DNA of 34,322 nucleotides, from positions 1-34,322 of the forward strand of contig CAYXLB010000001.1 in the NCBI GenBank assembly GCA_964465785.1, written 5' to 3'. The notes under the pieces were generated by a model. It saw nothing but the letters and a program-made list of their open reading frames with translations. It was not told where the DNA came from and searched no databases. This document shows positions 19,097-29,802 of the stretch, in pieces. This DNA is from an uncultured Thermoplasmata archaeon (GTDB lineage Archaea; Thermoplasmatota; Thermoplasmata; Thermoplasmatales; Aciduliprofundaceae). A program made the translations under genes and the position numbers. Positions within the stretch are counted from its first letter, which is position 1, and every line of letters begins with the position of its first letter.

Positions 19097-19885
19097 TCAC
19101 GCCAGAAGCCTCTCCCTAATCTTTTTAATGGGAGAACCTTTGAACCTTATGAAGGATGCATAATTCTCAGATTTTTCAATTTCAACAATATCTCCTCCTC
19201 CAATTTCCACACTGTACTGGCCATCAAGCACAAGGAGATTCATCTTTCCATCCCTGAGAGTGATTTTCATCTTCCCCATGGGAAGCACAAAGGAGCGGGG
19301 ATACCTCTTGAATGGAGCTATTGGTGTAAGAACCATCGCCTCCATATACGGATGGAGAATTGGACCCCCTGCACTTAGGGCATAAGAAGTGGAACCGGTG
19401 GGGGTTGCAACTATCAAGCCATCGGCCCGAAATTCATCTATCAAATCGTCTCCATAGTATATGGAATAGCTCCTGAGCTTTGCAATCTCATTAGTATGTA
19501 TGACTGCCTCGTTTGTACAGTCATATAAACGCTTTCCATTTAACTTGACCTTGAGTCGCATGCGTCTATCAACGAAATACTCTCCCCTTTCTATTCTCTC
19601 TATGGCCTCGTCAAATTCTTCCGGTGTTATTTCCGTCAAGAATCCAAGCAAACCCATATTAATTCCAAGAATCATCCCCTTGGCCCTCTGCAGGGCTAGG
19701 AGTATCGTTCCATCCCCTCCCACAGTTATTATGATGTCCACATCCATCTTCTCCAGGGGAACGCCAACCATACTCAATTCTTCAGCAGTCTTCTCCTCTA
19801 TGACAGGATCAAGTTTATCAACAACATATTTGGCAAATTCCAAACACTCCTTCTTCTCTGGATTTGCAAGCAATCCATATTTCAT
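19097..19885 (-). CDS. nadK: NAD kinase
   Basis: GGDGT, NE motif, DGLIVATPTGSTSYALSAGGP. Start set to ATG 19885 (MKYGLL). Confidence 0.94.
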   Translation of the reverse strand: MKYGLLANPEKKECLEFAKYVVDKLDPVIEEKTAEELSMVGVPLEKMDVDIIITVGGDGTILLALQRAKGMILGINMGLLGFLTEITPEEFDEAIERIERGEYFVDRRMRLKVKLNGKRLYDCTNEAVIHTNEIAKLRSYSIYYGDDLIDEFRADGLIVATPTGSTSYALSAGGPILHPYMEAMVLTPIAPFKRYPRSFVLPMGKMKITLRDGKMNLLVLDGQYSVEIGGGDIVEIEKSENYASFIRFKGSPIKKIRERLLA

Positions 19886-19963
19886 GGGCGCACCCCCAGA
19901 AATCTGCATGTTTCATATCCCATGGGGAGGGAATAACTTCCATAATATTTGGTTTTTGTTGAA

Positions 19964-20767
19964 TTATCGGAGCCATGGCTCTATGGATTTTATGTTCTCC
20001 ATACCAGCTGCAGCAATGATGTTTTTCCTATCATTGACATCCATACCCATCTCAAGGGGTTTCAGGGAGTTATCAACCACAATCCCTCCCGCTTCCTTTA
20101 CCATTAGGTATGAGGCTGCTATGTCAACTATCCTCAATACACCCTTGCCTTTAAAGAGATAGATGAAAAGGTCTGCTATTCCCTCGGCTACCATGCACAT
20201 TTCTAGGGATGCGGAGCCCATGGTCCTTACCCTTCTTACATTCCTGGCTATCTCAAAGGCCCTCTCATGGGCACGGTTGCCAAGGTAAACCACATAGAGA
20301 TTTTTCTTACCGTTCACCTTCAACCTCTTCCCATTTTTGTGTGCACCCCTTCCTTTGATGGCATGATATTCATCTCCAGTAGACACATTCCTAACTATGC
20401 CATATTCCACATCCCTTAACCCTGTTCTTGCAATGGCTATTGATACTGCAAAATATGGAATTCCATGCTCCGCATTATAGGAGCCATCCAAGGGATCAAC
20501 TATTATTGTTCTCTCATATCCTCTATCAATATATCCAGCCTCCTCTGTGAAAATATTATAGGGCATATCCTCCTCCTTTACCATCTCCACGATGGAGTTT
20601 TCAGCCCTTATGTCCACAAGAGAAGAGGGGGCTCCATATGCACCCATTCTTATTTTCTTGGCAGATTCCTCTCCATACTCTTGAAGCGTTTCAAGAATTA
20701 CCTTGGATGCTTCCCGCACAAGTTTCCTTATATTCTCCAAATCATTCATTAGCGGATAATACCCCAT
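19964..20767 (-). CDS. Inositol monophosphatase/FBPase family protein (possible NADP phosphatase)
   Basis: TEE, DPLDGS, RTMGSASLE and DIAAS motifs. Alternative start at 20749. Confidence 0.88.
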   Translation of the reverse strand: MGYYPLMNDLENIRKLVREASKVILETLQEYGEESAKKIRMGAYGAPSSLVDIRAENSIVEMVKEEDMPYNIFTEEAGYIDRGYERTIIVDPLDGSYNAEHGIPYFAVSIAIARTGLRDVEYGIVRNVSTGDEYHAIKGRGAHKNGKRLKVNGKKNLYVVYLGNRAHERAFEIARNVRRVRTMGSASLEMCMVAEGIADLFIYLFKGKGVLRIVDIAASYLMVKEAGGIVVDNSLKPLEMGMDVNDRKNIIAAAGMENIKSIEPWLR

Positions 20768-20770
20768 CCC

Positions 20771-22045
20771 CTATTTGGTTTTTCTTATCCTAGTGACATG
20801 TACGGAGCAGGATATACAGGGATCGTAGGCGCGAATTATCTTCTCCGCCTCCATTTTTATGAAGTCATCATCCCTATCCAGAATCTGTGAGATATAGCCC
20901 TTCAAATTCCTTTCTATGTTTTCCGTGTTCATCGCTGTGGGTGTGATTATGTTAACATGGGTGCATTTTCCCTTCTTTATTCTATAATGATGTATGAGTA
21001 ATCCTCTTGGAGCCTCTATGGCACCAACTCCCTCTCCATCCATTCTTTGAGCCTCTACTCTCTCGGGCTCGTATCCTTTTATATTTTCTGCTATTTCCAG
21101 AGCCTCCAAGGCATAATGCACATTTTCAAGGGCTTGGGCTGCGTTTATCCATGCAACCCTATTGGAAGGGAATCCTACACCATATTTCTCTGCCAATTCC
21201 TTTGCTTCATCCCTTAAATTTCTGTTTATGTTCAATCTTGCCAGCGCACCCACCATGTAATCCCTTCCATCCACCAGGGAGCGTTTTGCGGATGAGTATT
21301 CAACGGTCCATTCCTTCAAATGCTCCCCATATTCATGGGCATCGAAAACGTTGTGCATGGTGGATATTTTGCCCTTATAGAGCGGAATACCAACTCCGTC
21401 CCAGAGCGCCACATATTCGCTCTCCCTTTCATATTGGGGATAATCCAATGAGAGAAATAGCTCTGCAGTTTCAACAAGGAATGGATAAATCTCCCTCATT
21501 TTCTTCCTGTACTTCTCCAAGGTATTCCCATCTATTCTCTTTGAGACCCTACCTGGAGCGATTGTACAGGGCTGCACTGCTCTTCCACCTATTAGGGCGG
21601 TCATATAATTGCTGGCCTCCTTGAGCTCAAAGGCCTTTTTTACAAGCTCCATATCCTTTCCAGCCAATTCTATTATACTCTCCACTCCCCTGTAATCTGG
21701 TAACGCTAAGAAATAGAGATGTAGAATATGACTTTGAATATGGGAACTTATGAGCATTAGCCTTCTAATATCTTCCACCGTTTCCGAGACTTCTATTCCC
21801 ATGGCATCCTCAACTGCCCTCACACTGGATATCTCATGGGCAACGGTACATATACCACATATCCTTCCTGCCAATCCTGGAAGATATTTATAACTCCTTC
21901 CCTTCATAAAGGCTTCAAAATATCTGGAGCCTTCATGGACCCCAAATATAACCCTCTTAAGCTCATCATCCTCTATCTCGATTGTTAGATTGGCATGTCC
22001 TTCTATCTTGGTTATCTCATCAATCTTTATTCTTCTTTCAACCAT
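20771..22045 (-). CDS. hydA: Group 3b [NiFe] hydrogenase (sulfhydrogenase) alpha/large subunit
   Basis: IEGH, RICGIC..AH, EAPRG, DPCISCSVH followed by an 8-residue tail. Confidence 0.93.
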   Translation of the reverse strand: MVERRIKIDEITKIEGHANLTIEIEDDELKRVIFGVHEGSRYFEAFMKGRSYKYLPGLAGRICGICTVAHEISSVRAVEDAMGIEVSETVEDIRRLMLISSHIQSHILHLYFLALPDYRGVESIIELAGKDMELVKKAFELKEASNYMTALIGGRAVQPCTIAPGRVSKRIDGNTLEKYRKKMREIYPFLVETAELFLSLDYPQYERESEYVALWDGVGIPLYKGKISTMHNVFDAHEYGEHLKEWTVEYSSAKRSLVDGRDYMVGALARLNINRNLRDEAKELAEKYGVGFPSNRVAWINAAQALENVHYALEALEIAENIKGYEPERVEAQRMDGEGVGAIEAPRGLLIHHYRIKKGKCTHVNIITPTAMNTENIERNLKGYISQILDRDDDFIKMEAEKIIRAYDPCISCSVHVTRIRKTK

Positions 22046-22773
22046 GCTATTACCTCCTTCAGTTCCTCATAGGAAAAGATTGAATACGCCTCAATTATCT
22101 CATCCTTAGAAAATCCCATATCTCGAAGAATCTTTATGTGGCCCTTGAGATTTGCATCCTCATAGGGTCCTCTACATCCCAAGCAGGGGGTATTATTTGT
22201 GGGACATATGGCATTGCATCCAGCCCTAGTTATAGGCCCCATACACAATTGACCCTCCTCCAACAGGCAACCATTTTCTCGGAGGGAACACTCCACACAC
22301 ACACTGTACCTCTTATTTCTAAACTCCTTTCCCATAATGATTGAGGTGATGAGCTCCTTCAACTCATCCCTTGAGAATGGACATCCGTGGAGAGAATAAT
22401 CCACGTTCACATAGTATTTCAGCGACTTTGCATCCACCGGCATTTCTGGAGGCATACCCCCGTAAACCTTCAATGCTTCCTTCTTTTGTATGGTATTGAC
22501 CAAGCCAGGTACCCCGCCTATGGATGCACAGGCACCTAGAGCAACTAAAATCTTTGAATCTCTCCTTATCTTTAGTAGCTTCATTATCTCATCCCTATTG
22601 GTGGGTGTACCCTCTACAAAGGCTATATCCACTGGCCATTCATTTATTTCCTTAGCCAGTCTAAAATTTTTTATGTCCATGTATCTTAGAATTTCTAGAA
22701 TTTCCTTCTCCATATTCAAAAATTGTACAGAGCACCCCTCGCAGCAGGATAGGGAAAATATTCCTATGTTCAA
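22027..22773 (-). CDS. hydD: Group 3b hydrogenase delta/small subunit
   Basis: CCEGC, GACA..GG, GCP, C..C...CMGPITRAGC.A.CP.....C.GCRG. Confidence 0.92.
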   Translation of the reverse strand: MNIGIFSLSCCEGCSVQFLNMEKEILEILRYMDIKNFRLAKEINEWPVDIAFVEGTPTNRDEIMKLLKIRRDSKILVALGACASIGGVPGLVNTIQKKEALKVYGGMPPEMPVDAKSLKYYVNVDYSLHGCPFSRDELKELITSIIMGKEFRNKRYSVCVECSLRENGCLLEEGQLCMGPITRAGCNAICPTNNTPCLGCRGPYEDANLKGHIKILRDMGFSKDEIIEAYSIFSYEELKEVIAWLKEE

Positions 22774-23582
22774 TCTAACACCCCCTGCACCTCATGCGGT
22801 TTCTCTATGAATCTCAGGGCCTTATTTAGAGAGAAAACAGGCCCATCCCGGCAAACATAGACACCTCCAACTCCACAGTGGCCACATATCCCTATACCAC
22901 ATTTCATATTTCTCTCAAGGGAAAGATACATTTCACTGGGAGGAAAACCGAGTTCAATTAGAACCATGGATGTATATTTCATCATTATGGGTGGACCGCA
23001 CATATAGGTAATGGTATCTGCCACATGCCTTATCTTGTCGCATAATGTAGTAACAACACCCACATGCCCTTCCCATCCAGGCTCTGCCTCATCCACTGTT
23101 AAGAGGACATCCATATATTTTTTCCACTCTTCAAACTTGTATTTGAAAAGCATAAGAGAAGGTCTTCTGGCGCCATAGAGAAGTGTAGCGTCTTTGAAAT
23201 GATCCCTATTTTTGCATACATACTCCACCACAGGCTTCAATGGTGCAAGGCCTATGCCCCCTGCAACGATCAATATGTTTTTTCCTTCGGCCTTTTCTAT
23301 GGGCCAGCCATTTCCAAATGGCCCACGAATACCAACATAATCGCCTTCCTTCATCCTATGTATTTTCCTTGTAACATTACCCACAGCTCTTATACTGAGT
23401 TCTATTTCTCCATCTTCTCCCCCGGAAATGGAGATCGGCGCTTCCCCATAACCAAAGACACTTAGCTCTACAAATTGTCCCGGCTTGAAATTTATATTTG
23501 CACCTATTTTGAAGGTCTTTGTATCTGGGGTTTCATCTATGATCTCAACAATTTGTGCCACAGAGGGTATGTAGGGATTCAT
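22770..23582 (-). CDS. hydG: Group 3b hydrogenase gamma subunit (FAD/NAD(P)-binding, 2Fe-2S)
   Basis: RGPFGNGW, AGGIGLAP, CGPPIM, MKCGIGICGHC...VC.DGPVF. Start 23582 by ATGA overlap. Confidence 0.92.
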   Translation of the reverse strand: MNPYIPSVAQIVEIIDETPDTKTFKIGANINFKPGQFVELSVFGYGEAPISISGGEDGEIELSIRAVGNVTRKIHRMKEGDYVGIRGPFGNGWPIEKAEGKNILIVAGGIGLAPLKPVVEYVCKNRDHFKDATLLYGARRPSLMLFKYKFEEWKKYMDVLLTVDEAEPGWEGHVGVVTTLCDKIRHVADTITYMCGPPIMMKYTSMVLIELGFPPSEMYLSLERNMKCGIGICGHCGVGGVYVCRDGPVFSLNKALRFIEKPHEVQGVLD

Positions 23583-24595
23583 TCCACCAGCCTCCTTAAA
23601 ACCTCGCGTATATTTATTCCGGCATGACAGGCATCGGTACATCTTCCACAACCTGTACAGGCATAAACCCCATATCTCATAACAGGAAATACGAATTTGT
23701 CGTATACCCTATATCTTACCCTGGCATGACGTTCCTTCCTAAAATTCTCCGCAGAGGTACGGGCATATTCGTAGAGATGGCAGGAATCCCATACCCTTAT
23801 CCTCTCACCCTCGCTTCCATCAAGATTCGTTAAGTCACGAACATCAAAACAATGGCAGGTGGGGCATATGAAGTTGCACCTTCCACAGGATACACAAATC
23901 TTTCCAAGCTCGTTCCAAATATCGTCATTTATCTTTTTCTTTATTTCCTGGGAGCATCTCTTTATCTCGCACAAATTTATTTTAGTTCTTTTCTCAACTT
24001 CATACTCCACCCTCTCAATCTTCTTCCTCTTTCTCATTTCATCCTCATCGTTGGCTTCCTCAAATAAATCGGTAGAGATTAATTTCCTCCCATTTTCACT
24101 ACCTATGTCCACAAAATAGTGGGTACCTATATCCGTTAGCCATAGATCATAATCCTCAGGCACCATACCCCCAAAGGCTGTACAGAAACAGGAATCACGG
24201 GGATAATCACAGGTAATTCCAATTATTATAGTTTCTTCCCTCCTTCTAGAATAATAAGGGTCTGAAAATTCACCACTCATGTACATATCAAGAATTTTCA
24301 AGGAACGAATATCGCATCCCCTGGCGCCAAATATTACCTTCTTCTCCTTCCCATCTAGATAATCTTCTATCTCATACCCCTTCTCTTTTTTCCATCTGAA
24401 AAATTTCTGTTCAGGCGGAAAGAATATGGGTTTTAGCGATACATCAGTACGATTAGGGAAAAAGCAGATCTGCGAAATATCCTCTATCTTCTCAAATTTT
24501 GTAACACCATCTTCCACCGGGGCATAGAGTGCATAATCTTCCATGAGAGCTCTTAGAAATTCTCCGATTTTATTTTTCGCAATCTTTATTCCCAT
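23579..24595 (-). CDS. hydB: Group 3b hydrogenase beta subunit (4Fe-4S, AsrA-like)
   Basis: CVSCGRCNFICPTCHCF, WDSC, CTGCGRCTDAC. Start 24595 with AGGTGA RBS. Confidence 0.92.
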   Translation of the reverse strand: MGIKIAKNKIGEFLRALMEDYALYAPVEDGVTKFEKIEDISQICFFPNRTDVSLKPIFFPPEQKFFRWKKEKGYEIEDYLDGKEKKVIFGARGCDIRSLKILDMYMSGEFSDPYYSRRREETIIIGITCDYPRDSCFCTAFGGMVPEDYDLWLTDIGTHYFVDIGSENGRKLISTDLFEEANDEDEMRKRKKIERVEYEVEKRTKINLCEIKRCSQEIKKKINDDIWNELGKICVSCGRCNFICPTCHCFDVRDLTNLDGSEGERIRVWDSCHLYEYARTSAENFRKERHARVRYRVYDKFVFPVMRYGVYACTGCGRCTDACHAGINIREVLRRLVE

Positions 24596-24650
24596 AATCG
24601 TCACCTTTTTCACTAATTTCAATAGGATAATTGATTTTTTCATACATAAA

Positions 24651-24669
24651 TGTTTCTAAATTAGTAACA
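24651..24669. promoter_or_regulatory. Imperfect palindrome in the divergent hyd/mobA intergenic region
   Basis: TGTTTCTAA-A-TTAGTAACA, 8 of 9 positions complementary. Confidence 0.45.
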
Positions 24670-24706
24670 CGGCAAACCTCTAAATTCTCAAAACCCATTA
24701 CCCATT

Positions 24707-25270
24707 GTGGAATTAACTGCGGTTGTTCTTGTGGGAAAATCCAAGCGATTTCCAAATAAACATTTGAGATACATTGGGGGTAAAAGATTAATAGACCTGG
24801 TCGTGGAAAATCTAAAAAATATTGGATTCGACGTCTTGGTATATTCCAAATATCCCTTCCCAATATCTGCCCCATTGATACTTGACGAACACGATTGGCT
24901 TTTGCCCTCTTTAATATCCCTTATTAAAAAATTGAGGCGTGGAATTTTCGTGTTTGGTGGCGATATGCCCCTGGTTCAAATGGAGGCCGTTGAAAGAATG
25001 ATAAGCCATTTGAATCACACTATCGTTGTTCCAAGATGGAAAAATGGTTATCTTGAGCCCCTCCATGCCTACTATACTCCTAAAATCATCCCTGCCTTCG
25101 AAGAAGAGATGACCAGCAAGAATCCATCCCTCCATGGGGCGATTAAAAGATGCAGAGATGTTCATTACATACCTGCAGAGGAACTGCCTTCCCTCACATT
25201 CTTCAATGTCAATACCCCCCAAGATTTTGCACATCTAAAAGAATTGTTGAAGAATACCAAAATATTTTAA
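24707..25270 (+). CDS. mobA: Molybdenum cofactor guanylyltransferase (divergent)
   Basis: GKSKRF..K, GGDMP, EPLHAYY, FFNVNTPQD. GTG start. Confidence 0.8.
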   Translation: MELTAVVLVGKSKRFPNKHLRYIGGKRLIDLVVENLKNIGFDVLVYSKYPFPISAPLILDEHDWLLPSLISLIKKLRRGIFVFGGDMPLVQMEAVERMISHLNHTIVVPRWKNGYLEPLHAYYTPKIIPAFEEEMTSKNPSLHGAIKRCRDVHYIPAEELPSLTFFNVNTPQDFAHLKELLKNTKIF

Positions 25271-25291
25271 TCCAATTTCCTTACCCTCTCC

Positions 25292-26023
25292 GTGAACTAT
25301 TGGTGGGTAATTTCAATTGTTCTCATTCTGAGCTTTGTCTTTTCCCTTGCAGGAGTTGGATCGGCCACTGCCATAGTTCCAATTCTAGTTTTCTTGGGAG
25401 AAGGATTCAACACGGCAAAGAATGCAGGTTTATTCATCAATGTGTTATCCTCCTCGGCATCCACCATGCATCATCATAGCAGGGGAAAAATGGAATGGAA
25501 AATGGCCTTGATAATCGCAATACCTGCATTCATCCTCGCCCCCTTGGGCGCGATTTTTTCCCAGTTTTTAAGTCATGAGGCTCTCCTGCTAATCTTCTCA
25601 ATTTTCCTTATCTATTCTGCCACTGTGATAATATTCCTAAAGAAAGTTGAGCACAATGAAGACCCTAAAATCATAGTTCTTATTTTGATAGGCTCCTTGG
25701 CAGGATTCTTTGCAGGGCTTCTTGGAATTGGAGGTGGTGCCTTGATCTCTCCACTTTTAGCCCTAGTTGGGATGAATGCAAAGAGGATAGCCAGAATAAC
25801 TCCCTTTGCCGTGCTGCTATCTTCCCTCAGTGGATTCACCACCTACACGCTTATGGGCCATATAGATTTAATTCTCCTAGCCACGGTGGCAGTACCTGCA
25901 GTCATAGGGGGATATCTTGGGGCCCACATGATGCATCATAAGCTTTCATCTAGGCATCTTAAAATAATAATTGGGATTATCTTCTATCTCCTGGCCGCCA
26001 AGGCTCTGATTTCCATAATATAA
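25292..26023 (+). CDS. TauE/SafE (TSUP) family sulfite exporter-like membrane protein
   Basis: About 8 TM helices with an internal repeat (SLAGVGSA..VP / GLLGIGGG..SP). Confidence 0.88.
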   Translation: MNYWWVISIVLILSFVFSLAGVGSATAIVPILVFLGEGFNTAKNAGLFINVLSSSASTMHHHSRGKMEWKMALIIAIPAFILAPLGAIFSQFLSHEALLLIFSIFLIYSATVIIFLKKVEHNEDPKIIVLILIGSLAGFFAGLLGIGGGALISPLLALVGMNAKRIARITPFAVLLSSLSGFTTYTLMGHIDLILLATVAVPAVIGGYLGAHMMHHKLSSRHLKIIIGIIFYLLAAKALISII

Positions 26024-26025
26024 CC

Positions 26026-27456
<1,431 letters not shown>

Positions 27457-28287
27457 TTAATGCACCCCCTTAACATATCTATCCAAGGCAATCTTCTCCT
27501 CCTTTCTATACTCAGTTAATCTCATAAGAAGCTCGTCAAAATCAACCTCATGGGCATCGAAATCAGGACCATCGACACAGGCAAATCTTATCTCGCCACC
27601 AACTGTTACACGGCAGGCTCCGCACATTCCAGTACCATCCACCATTATGGGGTTTAGGCTTGCATCTGTCCTTATTCCGTACTCCTTGGTTATCTTGGCG
27701 ATCAATTTCATCATTATAACAGGACCAACTGTGAACACATAATCTGCCTTACCTCCTCCCTCAAGATATTCCTTCAGAACATCCGTTGTAAATCCCTTGC
27801 GAACATAGCTCCCATCATCGGTTGTGATAAGAAGCTCATCTGTAACCTTCTTAAACTCATCCTCAAGAATTACATACTGTTTGTTTCTAAAACCAATGAT
27901 GCCTACAACATGGTTTCCTGCCTCTTTGAGAGCCCGAGTAACAGCGTATCCAATGGGTGCACCAACTCCCCCACTTACAATAACTGCTGTACCATAATTC
28001 TCAATATGCGTTGGCTTTCCCAAGGGACCGACGATATCCCTTATCTTATCTCCCGGTTCGTAGGAACCTAGCTCATATGTGGTTTTACCCACCTCTTGAA
28101 AAACAAGTTCTATGGTTCCATCTTCCCTATGCCACTTAAAAAGCGTTAAGGGTATTCTTTCTCCCCTCTCATGAAGACGGAGTACTATGAACTGTCCTGC
28201 CTTGGCATTCTCCGCAACCAAGGGGGCCTTGACCTTTATCCACTTTATATTTGGAGCCAGTACCTTCTTATCCAGTATCTCAAACAT
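27457..28287 (-). CDS. sudB: Sulfide dehydrogenase beta / Nfn small subunit
   Basis: GERIPLT, GPLG, SLNPIMVDGTGMCGACRV...CVDGPDF. Confidence 0.92.
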   Translation of the reverse strand: MFEILDKKVLAPNIKWIKVKAPLVAENAKAGQFIVLRLHERGERIPLTLFKWHREDGTIELVFQEVGKTTYELGSYEPGDKIRDIVGPLGKPTHIENYGTAVIVSGGVGAPIGYAVTRALKEAGNHVVGIIGFRNKQYVILEDEFKKVTDELLITTDDGSYVRKGFTTDVLKEYLEGGGKADYVFTVGPVIMMKLIAKITKEYGIRTDASLNPIMVDGTGMCGACRVTVGGEIRFACVDGPDFDAHEVDFDELLMRLTEYRKEEKIALDRYVKGVH

Positions 28288-28379
28288 AGGGCATCGTTGG
28301 TGAATTGCAATGGGGGATTTAATAATTTCCTAACTTCTCGAAAAGAGAGAATGAAGGGTGGAGATGGGACGAATTTCCT

Positions 28380-29531
28380 TTATCCCATCTGAACTGCCTG
28401 CTCCCTAAGTTCACCCCTCTCAAATCTGTAGGGGTCGTAGAAATCAAAGGGTAGCGATGTATGACCCTTGGTCATTAGGTCCGCCATACCCTCTGCCACT
28501 GCAGGGGCAAGCATGAACCCATGGCCGGAGAAGCCTGCAGCTATGTAGTATCCTTCAATTTCCCTTATCTTTCCTATGGCAGCGTTATGATCTGGGGTTT
28601 CAGCATAGTATCCTCCCCACTGCCTTATGATGGAGACATATTTCAGTGCGGGAATTATCCTCGTGAAATTCTTGGAAACTTCCCTTAGGAATTCGTAGGT
28701 AGGTGTGAGATCCCAAGTGGGTCCATACTTGAGTGCAATTCCCCCTATTAAACCGCCATTGGCCTTCTGGGTTAAATATGCACCCCCATATTTGAAGGAT
28801 ACAACCATGGGCTTTATCTCCCCAAGCTTGAAGGGCTCCGTTACTATTCCCTGATGCTTGTAGGGCTCAATTGGAATGTTTATGCCCAATTTTTCATTGA
28901 GAATCTTAGCCCAGGCATTGGCGGCATTAAGAACCATGTCTGCCTTCACAAATCCCTTGGAGGTCTTAACACCCTCAACCTGGGAATCCTTAACAACAAT
29001 ATCATCAACCTTTGTGTACTCATTTATTTCCACGCCCATTCTCCTTAACTTCCTCGCCAAACCATACACGGCAAGGAATGGATTTGCCTTTCCATCGGTA
29101 TGGTTGAAACTTGCTGCTATTACCTCACTTATATCCAGGCCTGGAACTATTTCCTTGGCTTCCTCTGGAGTTATGATTCTTGAAGGAATACCGAAGGAGT
29201 TCTGTAACTGCACATTCCTGGTAAAGGTCTTAACCTCCTTTTCATCGTAGAGGAGGAATAGATAGCCCGTTTGTGCAAATTTGAATTTTGGAAATTCCAT
29301 CTCCTCTGGAAATGCCACCCATTTCTCAACACTTCTCTTCATCATCCTTATGTTGGTTTCATCCCCAAACTGTTGCCTTATCCCAGAGCCACAGCGGAAT
29401 GTGGAGCCTGAGCCAATATACCATTTCTCATAAACTGCAATATTTTCCACACCTCTCTTGGCAAGTTCATAGGCGGTGTAGAGACCTATTATTCCCCCTC
29501 CTATTATGGCCACATCAACCTTACTCTTCAT
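28380..29531 (-). CDS. pdhB: Dye-linked L-proline dehydrogenase beta subunit (DAO/SoxB-like FAD oxidoreductase)
   Basis: GGGIIG, GSTFRCGSGIRQQF, TPDH, GFSGHGFMLAP. Start 29531 chosen from AGGTGA spacing. Confidence 0.82.
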   Translation of the reverse strand: MKSKVDVAIIGGGIIGLYTAYELAKRGVENIAVYEKWYIGSGSTFRCGSGIRQQFGDETNIRMMKRSVEKWVAFPEEMEFPKFKFAQTGYLFLLYDEKEVKTFTRNVQLQNSFGIPSRIITPEEAKEIVPGLDISEVIAASFNHTDGKANPFLAVYGLARKLRRMGVEINEYTKVDDIVVKDSQVEGVKTSKGFVKADMVLNAANAWAKILNEKLGINIPIEPYKHQGIVTEPFKLGEIKPMVVSFKYGGAYLTQKANGGLIGGIALKYGPTWDLTPTYEFLREVSKNFTRIIPALKYVSIIRQWGGYYAETPDHNAAIGKIREIEGYYIAAGFSGHGFMLAPAVAEGMADLMTKGHTSLPFDFYDPYRFERGELREQAVQMG

Positions 29532-29802
29532 CTTCATCACCTACCAGAACCGCAAGGGGTACAGGTCTAACAGGTATTCTGGTGGCAGGTATGCCTATCT
29601 CATCGTAACTCTTCCCCGTTTTCCTGGCTATGATTGCAGCCACGAGGGGTACGCATGTTCTCCCCTGGCATGGGCCCATTCCTATGTGAGTTATCCTCTT
29701 TATGAGCTCTATATCCGTAATTCCCTGATCAATTAGGTCCTCAATATCCTTCTGGGTTACATCATTACACCTGCAAATTATAACCTTGCTCTTATCGGTC
29801 AT
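29521..29802 (-). CDS. pdhX: Proline dehydrogenase small subunit, BFD-like [2Fe-2S]
   Basis: ICRCNDVT, GMGPCQGRTC, R.PVRP. Confidence 0.8.
   Translation of the reverse strand: MTDKSKVIICRCNDVTQKDIEDLIDQGITDIELIKRITHIGMGPCQGRTCVPLVAAIIARKTGKSYDEIGIPATRIPVRPVPLAVLVGDEDEE

Noticed and set aside
19500-21624. Plus-strand ORFs 19500..20162 and 21007..21624
   Set aside because: Antisense to well-supported nadK, IMPase and hydA genes.
20771-22045. Selenocysteine-containing hydrogenase
   Set aside because: All four Ni ligands are Cys, and there is no in-frame TGA.
23583-24643. Upstream starts for hydG (23651) and hydB (24643)
   Set aside because: The downstream ATGs have an ATGA overlap or an AGGTGA RBS.
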